The translations under genes and the position numbers were made by a program. DNA of 32,839 nucleotides from Candidatus Gastranaerophilales bacterium (GTDB lineage: Bacteria > Cyanobacteriota > Vampirovibrionia > Gastranaerophilales > Gastranaerophilaceae): NCBI GenBank assembly GCA_944324205.1, contig CALUVK010000001.1:1-32839 (forward strand), in the 5' to 3' direction. Positions 9,246-18,824 of this stretch are shown piece by piece; positions within the stretch are counted from its first letter, which is position 1; every line of letters begins with the position of its first letter. Under the pieces are notes generated by a model. It did no database searches. It was not told the DNA's origin and saw nothing but the letters and a program-made list of their open reading frames with translations.

Positions 9246-10607
9246 ATGTCAATTATCATAATGATTTTATTACTAAGTTTACTTATCCTTGTTCATGAAG
9301 CCGGGCATTTTATGGCAGCTCGAGCTTTTGGAATAAAAGTTGATAAATTTGGTTTTGGGCTTCCTGTTGGACCTACTTTATATAAAGGTAAAATTGGTGA
9401 TGTAGAAATTTTGGTTCATGCTTTCTTACTTGGCGGCTATGTATCGTTTCCGGATGATGACAAAGATTGTGAATTACCGGAAGATTCTCCAGAGAGATTT
9501 GTGAATAAACCCGTTTGGCAAAGGGCTGTAGTAGTATCTGCAGGGGTTATTGCTAATGTAATTTGTGCAATTGCTCTTGTAATGCTTGTTGCAGTGGTTT
9601 CTCATAAACTTCCTTCCGGCAATTATAAAATCTATACTGCCAGTATTAGTGCTCCAAAAGATGCAAGTATTTGGCAGTCCGGAATTAAAGAGGGTGACAG
9701 AATTCTGAAAGTTAATGGATGTAATATTGATAATATATATTCTTTTGTAACTATTGTTAAAAATAGTGCTAAATCCGGAGGAATTATTTCGCAGACAACT
9801 ATAGATGGAAACTTTGAGAAATTAAAAGATTTAAATCCGGGACTTTTAAAGGATGAGATTATACCTTCCGGAGTTGCAATCAGACTGCCTGATGAGTTGG
9901 ATAAAGATATTATTACAATGGATAAGTATGCATTAAAAGGCGCTAAATATTTTAAACATGAAGGTATAACTTTCCCTGAAAAACTTAAACCGCTTGCAAA
10001 AGAACTTGAAGGGAAAAACGTTTATACTTCAGATGGTAAGTACACAATGTATGAGATTGCAATTACACTTTCAAATGGTGTTCATCCTATTAATATAGAA
10101 GTTGAGCGCAATGGAAATATTATAAAGCTTAATCCTATTTATCCTGATGAAAAGGGTGTAATAGGAATAGGTTTAAGTGCACAGCAGACAATGATAGAAA
10201 CAAAAACTCTGCCGGCTGTAGTTAAAGGAAGTTGTGTTTACTTGTGGGATAATACATACATGATGATGTATTCTCTTGGTCAATTATTTACCGGAAATAT
10301 TCCGCTTAAGGATATGCATGGTGTTGTTGCAATTACTAAAATCGGCGGTGATATGATTGAAAAGAGTGGAAAGTCTTCTGGTATACTTCTTGCAGCACTT
10401 ATTTCAATGAACCTTGCGATTTTAAATATACTGCCGATTCCGGCACTTGATGGCGGACATTTATTATTTTTGTTTATAGAAAAAATTATGGGTAAACCGC
10501 TTGATGAGAAAGTTATTGAAATGATATCATCAATATTTTTCTCATTGCTTATTATACTTATGATACTTGTTGTATTTAACGATATAACTCTTCTTGTAGG
10601 AAAATAA
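9246..10607 (+). CDS. rseP: RIP metalloprotease RseP (site-2 protease, M50) with PDZ domain containing an insertion
   Basis: HEAGH zinc motif, LGGYV, AGVIAN, NILPIPALDGG; start set at ATG 9246 because of the GAGGAG RBS. Confidence 0.93.
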   Translation: MSIIIMILLLSLLILVHEAGHFMAARAFGIKVDKFGFGLPVGPTLYKGKIGDVEILVHAFLLGGYVSFPDDDKDCELPEDSPERFVNKPVWQRAVVVSAGVIANVICAIALVMLVAVVSHKLPSGNYKIYTASISAPKDASIWQSGIKEGDRILKVNGCNIDNIYSFVTIVKNSAKSGGIISQTTIDGNFEKLKDLNPGLLKDEIIPSGVAIRLPDELDKDIITMDKYALKGAKYFKHEGITFPEKLKPLAKELEGKNVYTSDGKYTMYEIAITLSNGVHPINIEVERNGNIIKLNPIYPDEKGVIGIGLSAQQTMIETKTLPAVVKGSCVYLWDNTYMMMYSLGQLFTGNIPLKDMHGVVAITKIGGDMIEKSGKSSGILLAALISMNLAILNILPIPALDGGHLLFLFIEKIMGKPLDEKVIEMISSIFFSLLIILMILVVFNDITLLVGK

Positions 10608-10624
10608 CAGGAAAGGAATTTTTA

Positions 10625-11410
10625 ATGCCAAGAATAAATATTGCATTCGGTTTTACTGTGAATTGGGCTAAGTATGCTGCTTCTAGTATAGCTTCTATAT
10701 TGTCAAATGCAAAAGATAGTGACGAATATCATTTTTATCTCATGTCAGATATGTTTTCTGCAAATGATAAAGAAATGTTCAATGGTTTGAGTAAAATAAA
10801 AAAATCAGAATTTAATTTTATAAAAATGGATAATTCTGAATTTGACGGCGCTATTCATGATTGGCTTGGAGTATCTTCTTCATACAGACTAAAGCTATCA
10901 TCTCTGGTTAATGAAGATAAGATTTTGTATCTGGATTCGGATATTATGGCACGTGAGGATATTGCTCCTCTTTATTCTTATGATGTTTCGGATTATTACC
11001 TTGGAATGGTTGAAGATAAATGCAGTTATTCAATGAAAGTTCGTGTTGGACTAAAAGGTGATGATACGTTTTTTAACGGAGGATTGCAACTTATAAATCT
11101 TAAGAAATTCAGAGAAGATGATTTAGAAAAAATAATTTTTAAAAAACTCAGAGCCAGCGATTTTTATACTGATCAGGATGTAATTAATGATGTATGTCGT
11201 AATAAAATTTTGTCACTGCCTCTAAAATATAATATTGTTCCTTTGGCAACAAAACAATATAAAAAGAGAGAAGCAGAACGTGACGAAGCAATTGCTAATC
11301 CGGTGTTGGTTCATTTTGCGCTTAAACCATGGATGCATCCTGAAACGCCGTTTGCTGATGAATGGCAAAAATATTATCAAAAGGCGACCGGTGAACAACT
11401 GGATTTTTAA
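10625..11410 (+). CDS. Glycosyltransferase family 8 (LPS/LOS-type)
   Basis: YRL, KILYLDSD (DxD), FNGG, DQDVIN, YN, H...KPW motifs of GT8. Confidence 0.9.
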   Translation: MPRINIAFGFTVNWAKYAASSIASILSNAKDSDEYHFYLMSDMFSANDKEMFNGLSKIKKSEFNFIKMDNSEFDGAIHDWLGVSSSYRLKLSSLVNEDKILYLDSDIMAREDIAPLYSYDVSDYYLGMVEDKCSYSMKVRVGLKGDDTFFNGGLQLINLKKFREDDLEKIIFKKLRASDFYTDQDVINDVCRNKILSLPLKYNIVPLATKQYKKREAERDEAIANPVLVHFALKPWMHPETPFADEWQKYYQKATGEQLDF

Positions 11411-11943
11411 GATGAAGAACCTTCTGCAACAATATATTCTTTTTCAATTTCCTGCGCATCAAGTATAAAATCACATAATTCTCTTACTGCACCTTTTCCG
11501 CCGCCAAAAGAAGATTGAAAATTGCAGATTTCTTTTACTTCTTTAACAGCGTCACTGGGACAGCAAGCAAGCCCGACTTTTTCTAAAATACAAATGTCCG
11601 GAAGGTCATCTCCCATATAGCTTATGTTTTCATAAGAAAGATTATATTTTTTCATTAATTCTTCTAACGCAGGAAGTTTGTATTTTCTGCCTTGATAAAG
11701 CTCTGTGAAATTAAGATTTTTTGCTCTATGTTGTACAGTTCCGTTGTTTCTTGCAGTAATAATTGCAGTTATAAATCCGGAATTACGCATTCTTATAACT
11801 CCATGGCCGTCTTTCGCATTAAAAGTTTTATATTCAATTCCGTTTTCATCATAAGTAATACTGCCGTCTGTCATAACTCCGTCCACATCAAAGACAAGCA
11901 TTTTAATTTTTTTTGCAGCTTCTATAGCACTCTCTTTTGTCAT
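11407..11943 (-). CDS. kdsC: KDO 8-phosphate phosphatase (HAD, KdsC/YrbI family)
   Basis: DVDGVMTDG, FNAKDG, GDDLPD, GGKGAVRE. Confidence 0.92.
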   Translation of the reverse strand: MTKESAIEAAKKIKMLVFDVDGVMTDGSITYDENGIEYKTFNAKDGHGVIRMRNSGFITAIITARNNGTVQHRAKNLNFTELYQGRKYKLPALEELMKKYNLSYENISYMGDDLPDICILEKVGLACCPSDAVKEVKEICNFQSSFGGGKGAVRELCDFILDAQEIEKEYIVAEGSSS

Positions 11944-12066
11944 ATAATCCTATCTCCTAATTTCACATTATTTATTTCTAATTATACCCCAAACGGAGGA
12001 TTTAATCTAAAGTTTGTAAAGAAATTTATAATAAGTCCGTTAATATTATCATCAAGGAAAATATAC

Positions 12067-12351
12067 ATGTTACAACTATTACCAAAGTCAAGTACTCTTA
12101 CCCCGAATACTTCAAATCCGCGCGAAGCCGTAGAAATCATTAATTCGTATATTGAGAAATATCACTGTGCAAATATGAGTGTTGATATTTCTTTTATGAA
12201 TGTTTTGGATGCTTGTTATGTTTCAACTATGTGTTCGACAAAACATTTTATTAAATATCCGGAAGGTAAAATTAATTGGATAATATCATCGGAATTAGTC
12301 AGAGATTTTAATAAACATCTAGAGCTTGGCAATTCTGATTATACAATTTAG
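12067..12351 (+). CDS. Small hypothetical protein (94 aa), weakly STAS-like
   Basis: ATG 12067 with AAGGA upstream; the longer ORF 11692..12351 overlaps kdsC antisense. VDISFMNVLDA resembles the STAS 'lDlsgV.fiDS' motif. Confidence 0.7.
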   Translation: MLQLLPKSSTLTPNTSNPREAVEIINSYIEKYHCANMSVDISFMNVLDACYVSTMCSTKHFIKYPEGKINWIISSELVRDFNKHLELGNSDYTI

Positions 12352-12368
12352 AAATTAAAACAAAACGA

Positions 12369-13175
12369 TTAGAGATAGCATTTTGCTTCTTGTCCTTCAA
12401 CACCCGCATAAAGTTCAACGTATTGTTTTGCAGGACTTGCATCAATTTTAGCAAACAAAACTTCTTCTATCTGGAAAAATCCTACATCTGCAGACATTTC
12501 GACAGAAATCTTAATTGGTTTCTTTTCACCGTGCTGTATTCTGATACGATTAATAGCATTTGCAGAATATTTGTGGATATCTCCGACGCGCGGAGTTGTA
12601 TTAATAGAAAGCGGAATTCTTGCACGGCCCTTTGTCATATCGCACCCGTCTGCAATAAGTATAATTCCGGCTTCTGTGGAATGAATTCTTCTTGAGGACA
12701 TATGTCCGATGATAGCCTCAATTACAATTGAGCGGATAATTACGCGTTTATGGAGATTATCCGGAAATACATGCAGCAAAGCTCTTTCAATCAGCGGTTT
12801 AGCAAGAATTACAGACATTTCTTCATGTCCTTGTCTTCCTATCATCATGCCTAAATCATGCATTAAACCTGCTAGGATGACTGCGCACATACTATCTTCA
12901 AAAGTTCCGATTTCTTCGTTTTCTAAAGATGTCTTAATTCCGCATTCATGCAAAATATTAAGCATTTTAATTGCATTGGCGCACACCTGTCTCATATGTA
13001 CAGGACCGTGGTCATTATAGCCTAAACGCTTGATTGATACATTATTTGCGTAATCCTGCATTTCCTGCAATTCTTCGTCTTCAAACAAATAATGCACCAG
13101 TTTAAGGCAGTTAGGGTTGTTGTGTAATCTTTTTAGAATCTTTGATTCTACTGATATTTCTTTAACTGATTTCAT
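12369..13175 (-). CDS. HD-superfamily metal-dependent phosphohydrolase
   Basis: DHGPVH...MHDLG...H...H...ADGCD metal ligands; TGTTATAAT extended -10 upstream. Confidence 0.88.
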   Translation of the reverse strand: MKSVKEISVESKILKRLHNNPNCLKLVHYLFEDEELQEMQDYANNVSIKRLGYNDHGPVHMRQVCANAIKMLNILHECGIKTSLENEEIGTFEDSMCAVILAGLMHDLGMMIGRQGHEEMSVILAKPLIERALLHVFPDNLHKRVIIRSIVIEAIIGHMSSRRIHSTEAGIILIADGCDMTKGRARIPLSINTTPRVGDIHKYSANAINRIRIQHGEKKPIKISVEMSADVGFFQIEEVLFAKIDASPAKQYVELYAGVEGQEAKCYL

Positions 13176-13366
13176 AGCTCTATATTTATTATAACACGTT
13201 TTTTGAGGAAAACAAAAAGTAAAACTTTTTTAAATATCAAGCTACGAAAAAATTGTCAAATTTTCGTTCAAATAGTCCATTTTCGGAATATATCATTCAA
13301 AAATTTATGAATATATGTTATTATACTGTTAATAATAGTAGTATTGGAGAGAGGACGAAATTAAAA

Positions 13367-15073
13367 ATGCAGGTTTCCAAAAGACTTGTTGTCAGAAAAG
13401 AAGTTCCAATGGACAATTCTAAAGATTTAATTACATCTTTGGATGTTGCTTTGGCAGAATATTATTGTAAAAATAATGATTATGAACATGGTTTAAAAAC
13501 ATATAGGGAGATTATTCCACAAATATTTGATGAAGCTGAAAGGTTTAAGGTTATTAACCAGTATACAAATTATGCTCTTCAATATGCTCAAAAAATGTTT
13601 ATGGATAAAAAGTATATAGAAGCCATTGAACAATATAGAGAAATTATGAAATTTTCCGGATTTCCGGTTAGTATTTATAAATACATTGGTCTTTGTATGA
13701 AATTTATCGGGAATGCAGATTTAGCTATTAAATTTCTTAAACGTTTTGAAGAAGTTTCACCGGATAAAGAAGATGTTTATGTATATCTTGCGGATTTAAC
13801 TTACACAGATATTAAAGATAATAAAAAAGCAATTGAATATTATGAAAAAGCGCTTGAAAAGAATAAAAACAACTATTCTATCTATAACATGCTTGGTCAT
13901 TTATATTCAACCTGTTATCAAGATAAATTTAAAGATAAACAAATTGATTATCTTACACGCGCATATGAACTTGCACCGAATAATAGAATTGTTGTCAAGA
14001 ATCTTGCATACGTATATGGTAAATTTGATGAAACGCAAAAAGCTGATGAATTTTATTCAAAACTTATGTATCTCAATCCGACTCATTCGGATTTACATGC
14101 ATATGGTGCATATTTAGTAAGACACCAACGTTTTTCAGAAGGTTTTAAATTCCTTCAACATCGTTTCCAGAAAGAAGATTTAAAAAATGTTGCTTTCCCG
14201 CAGCTTCTTACAACTAAGAAGAAAAGATGGAATATGAAACTTGACATTAAAGATAAACATATTCTTGTGCATTTTGAACAAGGTTTTGGTGACTCTATAA
14301 TGTTTGTAAGATTTCTTGATGAATTAAAAAAACGCTGCAGAGAAGTTTCTCTTGTTGTTCAAGGTTCTCTTGTAGAATTGTTTAAGGATTCAAAACTCGG
14401 GGTTGAAATTTATACAGAAAATCAAATTCCTCAAATTAATTATGATTATTGGATACCGATGATGGATTTGCCCATTGTATGTGAAACCCGTCCAGATACT
14501 ATTCCAAAAGCCGGTGGTTATTTAAAGGTACCGAAAACAAAGATTAATGCATATAGAAAAGCTCATATTAATGATAATGATAAGATTAAAATAGGTATAG
14601 CTTATGAAGGTACTCTTGCAAGTAAAGAAACTGATAGAGATATTCCATTGACTTATCTTTATCCTTTAATGCGGCTTCCGGATGTTGAAGTTTATAGTTT
14701 TCAGGTAGATGATTTAACGCGCCAGATGGATATGGTGCCTGAGGATGCAGCACTTATAAGACTTGGTAAAACTTTTAAGAACTGGGAAGATACTGCTTGT
14801 GCAATGAATTGTATGGATTTGATGGTTACAACAGATAATGGTGTTATGAACCTTGCAGGTGCACTTGGTATTAAAACGTTTGGTCTCTTTAATAGAATTG
14901 TAGAATGGCGTTGGTTTAAGACTCAGGGTGAAGACATTGCTTGGTATAAGAGTATAAAACCATTTCAGGCACCGACTGCAGGAGCGTGGGATGTTCCTGT
15001 CAATCAGGTATTGGAAGAAATTGATAAAATTCGCTGTAAAAAAATAGCAGACAAGATTAAAGGAAAAGTATAA
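13367..15073 (+). CDS. TPR-repeat protein fused to a GT9-like glycosyltransferase domain
   Basis: Multiple TPR helices (KKAIEYYEKALE, RAYELAPNN), then EQGFGDSIMFVRF and DTACAMNCMDLMVTTDN...LAGALG...WRW...WY. Start uncertain (13367 preferred over TTG 13253). Confidence 0.82.
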   Translation: MQVSKRLVVRKEVPMDNSKDLITSLDVALAEYYCKNNDYEHGLKTYREIIPQIFDEAERFKVINQYTNYALQYAQKMFMDKKYIEAIEQYREIMKFSGFPVSIYKYIGLCMKFIGNADLAIKFLKRFEEVSPDKEDVYVYLADLTYTDIKDNKKAIEYYEKALEKNKNNYSIYNMLGHLYSTCYQDKFKDKQIDYLTRAYELAPNNRIVVKNLAYVYGKFDETQKADEFYSKLMYLNPTHSDLHAYGAYLVRHQRFSEGFKFLQHRFQKEDLKNVAFPQLLTTKKKRWNMKLDIKDKHILVHFEQGFGDSIMFVRFLDELKKRCREVSLVVQGSLVELFKDSKLGVEIYTENQIPQINYDYWIPMMDLPIVCETRPDTIPKAGGYLKVPKTKINAYRKAHINDNDKIKIGIAYEGTLASKETDRDIPLTYLYPLMRLPDVEVYSFQVDDLTRQMDMVPEDAALIRLGKTFKNWEDTACAMNCMDLMVTTDNGVMNLAGALGIKTFGLFNRIVEWRWFKTQGEDIAWYKSIKPFQAPTAGAWDVPVNQVLEEIDKIRCKKIADKIKGKV

Positions 15074-15086
15074 AATATAGTTTCTG

Positions 15087-15124
15087 ATAAAAATCCGGTA
15101 AAATTTAATTTACCGGATTTTTAT
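15087..15124. terminator. Bidirectional intrinsic terminator between convergent genes
   Basis: 16-bp inverted repeat ATAAAAATCCGGTAAA / TTTACCGGATTTTTAT with a 6-nt loop. Confidence 0.85.
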
Positions 15125-15125
15125 A

Positions 15126-16388
15126 TTAGTTTAAATCTGCCGGACATTTGCCTTTTTTCAGTATATTAATAAGCGGATTAAGAAATTCTTCTTCGTCTTC
15201 GCATCTTGTTTTTAATGAGTAATATGCGATTTCTGTAAGCTCTTTGCATATGCTGAGAATCGGTGTTTTTCTTATTTTTGCCATAAGAGCATAGCGTGCT
15301 ACATTAAAACGCAGATCGTTAATTTCATTAAACGAATATTTGCAAAGCATATTTTCAACTTCTTCTAAAGCTGCAGGTGAATACATAATCCCTTTATACA
15401 GCGCGGGAATAGAATATTCCAGTCCATCTCCAACGCAGTCGTGATTTCTGATTTCAATAAAATTCCTTAATCTGACTTCCGGAAAATATAGATTTGAATG
15501 AAGCTTCCAATCTTCTATTGTTGCGCAAAATCCTTCATGTCCTTTTTCCATGAACTGTTTAAATGTTAATTTGCCGTTAAGGTTAACAGTATGTCCCTGT
15601 CTGTTAATAAATATCATAGGTGTGTCAAGGAGAAGGTTTACATAATCTTTAAAACACATGCCGTCCTGGAATTTCGTTGCAAAACCGCATCTTTCGTTAT
15701 CTGTATTTAGCCAGGCAAGTGCTCTAAATGATTTGTATCCGGTATCAACTCCTCCGCGGTATTTAGAATTAGCAAACATTGCAGTAGCAAAAGGCATCAT
15801 AAGATTTGCTACGCGAAATTTTCTCATAGCATCTTCTTCGGAAGAAAAATCAATTCCGACTTGAATTCCTGCAGTTTCTCTCATCATTACGTCTGACAAA
15901 ATTCCCCAGAGGTAATTTGCCATAAGAGCATATCTGCGTTTAGGAAGGAGCTTTATGTTTTTATAAGTCGTTGTCGGAGAAACTCCTTTATTAATAAGTT
16001 TTATTCCGAATTTATCCAAAACAGGTGCTAATGCTGTATCAATTTCTTCAACCCGTTTTTTTAAATCTCTGATAAATTCCTGCGGCTCAATGCTTAGTTC
16101 AATCTGGCATCCCGGCTCAAGTGTTATTGTATCGTGAAGTTTTTTTAATCCTATAATATTAATATCGTCTAAGATATAATCCCAGTTATCAGATTTGGCC
16201 ATCTCTCTTAATAGCTCGCAAACACCGTATTCTCCGCTATATGGCGCAACTTCGTTTGTACACCTCACAAGCGGAATTCGCTCATATTCCATGCCGATTT
16301 TCCTTGAAGTTTTACACCCGAGTATAAATTCATCAAGAAGCTGGCTGTATTCTAAATGTTCTTCCGGTTTTGTTTTGCAATAGTTCAC
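15126..16388 (-). CDS. gshA: Glutamate--cysteine ligase (GCS2 family)
   Basis: IGMEYE, TLEPGCQIELS, PKRRY, MMRETAGIQV, FANS, AWLNTD..RCG, FPEVRL..FIEIR. GTG start at 16388 follows an AAGGAG RBS. Confidence 0.88.
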   Translation of the reverse strand: MNYCKTKPEEHLEYSQLLDEFILGCKTSRKIGMEYERIPLVRCTNEVAPYSGEYGVCELLREMAKSDNWDYILDDINIIGLKKLHDTITLEPGCQIELSIEPQEFIRDLKKRVEEIDTALAPVLDKFGIKLINKGVSPTTTYKNIKLLPKRRYALMANYLWGILSDVMMRETAGIQVGIDFSSEEDAMRKFRVANLMMPFATAMFANSKYRGGVDTGYKSFRALAWLNTDNERCGFATKFQDGMCFKDYVNLLLDTPMIFINRQGHTVNLNGKLTFKQFMEKGHEGFCATIEDWKLHSNLYFPEVRLRNFIEIRNHDCVGDGLEYSIPALYKGIMYSPAALEEVENMLCKYSFNEINDLRFNVARYALMAKIRKTPILSICKELTEIAYYSLKTRCEDEEEFLNPLINILKKGKCPADLN

Positions 16389-16490
16389 GATACTCTCCTT
16401 TCCCAATTATATCTTAAACAAGTTTTACACTACAAATATAAATGAGAATGAAAGTTTTAACATTTCCCTATTTGTATTATTATAAATACC

Positions 16491-17321
16491 ATGGTGGATT
16501 ATTTACAACGCGCAAAGTTTTTTAGAACAAAAAAAAGATTAGGGCAGAATTTTCTTATTAACCCTGATGTAATCTCTGATATTATTAAGTTTTCCGGGGT
16601 TACAAAAGATGATGTTGTGCTGGAAATCGGCCCCGGAGCCGGGTTTGTAACAGAAGAGCTTGTTAAATATGTAAAAAAAGTTATCGCGGTTGAACTTGAT
16701 GAAGAGGCCATTAAAGAGCTTCAAAAGCTTAAATGTGATAATTTAGAGATTATACATAACGATATCCTGAAAACAGATATTTCTTCTCTTGCAGGTGAAA
16801 AAGTTAAAATAGTTGCAAATATTCCTTACTATATAACTTCTCCCATAATTGCCCATCTTCTTGGCGAAATAGATGATTTAGACAACAAAAACCGAAATAG
16901 TATTACAGATATTATATTAATGGTGCAGGAAGAAGTTGCCCGAAGGATTGTTGCAACACCAAACAGCCCCTCAAAACAGTATGGGCTTTTAACAATTTTG
17001 TCCCAATTCTGGGCGGACTGTGAAATTGTAAGACTTGTCGGGCGTAAATCGTTTTATCCGGCGCCAAAAGTTAATTCCGCACTTGTTTCTATGAAAATCA
17101 GAAAAGAGCCTTTGTTAAACCTAAATGATTACAAGTTTTTCAGGCGCGTAATAAAAGCTGCGTTTTCCCAGAGACGCAAAACCTTAAAAAACTGCCTAGT
17201 GAATTCGGGTTTTGATAAAATAAAGGTTGCAAATGCTCTTTCAGAACTTAATCTGGATGAAAACATTCGCGGTGAAAAGTTGTCAATTAGTGATTTTGGA
17301 AGACTTTCAGAATTATTATAA
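16491..17321 (+). CDS. rsmA: 16S rRNA m6,2A1518/1519 dimethyltransferase
   Basis: KKRLGQNFL, LEIGPGAG, NIPYYITSP, MVQEEVA, FYPAPKVNS, FSQRRKTL. Confidence 0.97.
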   Translation: MVDYLQRAKFFRTKKRLGQNFLINPDVISDIIKFSGVTKDDVVLEIGPGAGFVTEELVKYVKKVIAVELDEEAIKELQKLKCDNLEIIHNDILKTDISSLAGEKVKIVANIPYYITSPIIAHLLGEIDDLDNKNRNSITDIILMVQEEVARRIVATPNSPSKQYGLLTILSQFWADCEIVRLVGRKSFYPAPKVNSALVSMKIRKEPLLNLNDYKFFRRVIKAAFSQRRKTLKNCLVNSGFDKIKVANALSELNLDENIRGEKLSISDFGRLSELL

Positions 17322-17334
17322 GTGTGATTAATAT

Positions 17335-17373
17335 ACAGTTCAGCGAGAAAATATTATTTTCTCGCTGAACTGT
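17335..17373. terminator. Long perfect inverted repeat, likely bidirectional terminator
   Basis: ACAGTTCAGCGAGAAAATA-T-TATTTTCTCGCTGAACTGT (19-bp arms) between convergent rsmA and the pilin-like gene. Confidence 0.75.
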
Positions 17374-17387
17374 TGTATTTAACATAT

Positions 17388-18707
17388 TTATCTGATTTTT
17401 GTATATATCCTATAAATCAAATATTCTTCAATATGTGTTTGGTAATATAAATATTTACTATCAAATTTCGGAGATAAGAAATCAGACATTTGTTTATAAC
17501 TACTACCCGAAGATGACGGACTACTATTAGTGAAATAGAGATTATCTTTTATTGTATTTGGATCTACATTTGGCATTGCTTGAATAAGAGCATTGCAGAT
17601 TGCATCTCGTGGAATTGTGCATGAACTTGCTCCTGGGTTAATTGTACAAGTTAAATTGCTAAGATATCTGATATTTTTTCTTGGCCCCCATTGTGTTTGA
17701 ATGTCAGGTCTCCAGGTCATAGTAGAAGCTGCTGGATTAGTTAATGTAACGGTTATTCCATTATCACTTCTAGAAGTACTATATCGATTTAATGTCAGCC
17801 CACAAAGTTCTGTCATTCCAAAATTATAAGTAACATCATTTAAGCAGCTAATAATTTTATTTCTATCCAATTCAATGACATTCTCATCGTCGTCTTCATC
17901 ACCTTCGTCGCCTAAGCCATCGTCTTCTTCAATAATTTCTTTGCAGGGGCTGTATTGGAAATTCCTGTCTAATACAGTATTAGAAACGGGAGTAACTCCA
18001 TCTGCAATTTCTAATGGTGCTCTGAGTAAATTTTTTCTTGTTCTTATATATCTTTGACCGACAGCATCTGCAGCTTGAACTGTACCATTTGCAGCTACCA
18101 TGAATTTGAATATATCCGGAGCTTCACATTCATCTCCATCATAGATGCAGCTTCTGTCTTCACCGTTAACATCATTATTAGTCGGATCAACGTCTACATA
18201 AATATCTGTTTGGTATGATGCATTCATACCATCACTAGATGAAGCGATTGCCGGAACAATTCTCCATCTCATGCCGTTTTTAGTGACAAATGATTCATTT
18301 GCAAAACCGTTTTGATAATCTTGGTTATTAAAAGCATAAGCTGTATCACTGCATTGCAGATTATTTTCTGAAATCCCCATACTAATACCCATTAGACTGC
18401 AGAGTTTTTTCTCTCCTGAAAAGTTTGCGTTACGATATCTTTCGTCTATTGGCATATTTGTATTAAATAAAGGATTCTCGCTGCAGTTTACATTATCGTC
18501 TGCGTCAGGGTCTTTGCAAACTGGGTATAATCTGGAATTTGAGGCTAAACTTTGTACTGTTTCGCTCACTGTATCGTATGCCTGTAAATACATCATTTTA
18601 TTTTTATCCGGTCTGAGCGAATTAGCTGCCGGAACAATTAATGCTGCTGCTATACCAATAATGCCTAACGTTATTAGCAATTCTGCTAATGTAAAGCCTC
18701 TTTTCAT
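17388..18707 (-). CDS. Type IV pilin/pseudopilin-like protein with class III signal peptide, acidic linker and extra C-terminal domain
   Basis: MKRG|FTLAELLITLGIIGIAAALIVP (G-1, F+1, E+5); Cys-rich globular head; linker EEDDGLGDEGDEDDDE; GAGG RBS. Confidence 0.88.
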   Translation of the reverse strand: MKRGFTLAELLITLGIIGIAAALIVPAANSLRPDKNKMMYLQAYDTVSETVQSLASNSRLYPVCKDPDADDNVNCSENPLFNTNMPIDERYRNANFSGEKKLCSLMGISMGISENNLQCSDTAYAFNNQDYQNGFANESFVTKNGMRWRIVPAIASSSDGMNASYQTDIYVDVDPTNNDVNGEDRSCIYDGDECEAPDIFKFMVAANGTVQAADAVGQRYIRTRKNLLRAPLEIADGVTPVSNTVLDRNFQYSPCKEIIEEDDGLGDEGDEDDDENVIELDRNKIISCLNDVTYNFGMTELCGLTLNRYSTSRSDNGITVTLTNPAASTMTWRPDIQTQWGPRKNIRYLSNLTCTINPGASSCTIPRDAICNALIQAMPNVDPNTIKDNLYFTNSSPSSSGSSYKQMSDFLSPKFDSKYLYYQTHIEEYLIYRIYTKIR

Positions 18708-18824
18708 TTTGAATTCCTCATTTATTATGCTCTTCTTATTACTCTAATAATATCATATTTAGCATACTCTGTGCAACCTTAAGAAATTTTTATAAATCAG
18801 ACTAATGTTGTATAATATATTCGT

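Noticed and set aside
11692-12066. N-terminal extension of the 219-aa ORF
   Set aside because: Overlaps kdsC antisense and its promoter region; the RBS supports a start at 12067.
12390-13020. Two plus-strand ORFs of about 100 aa
   Set aside because: Antisense to the well-supported HD-domain gene.
17388-18707. Diversity-generating retroelement target
   Set aside because: No reverse transcriptase and no template/variable repeat pair seen in the window.
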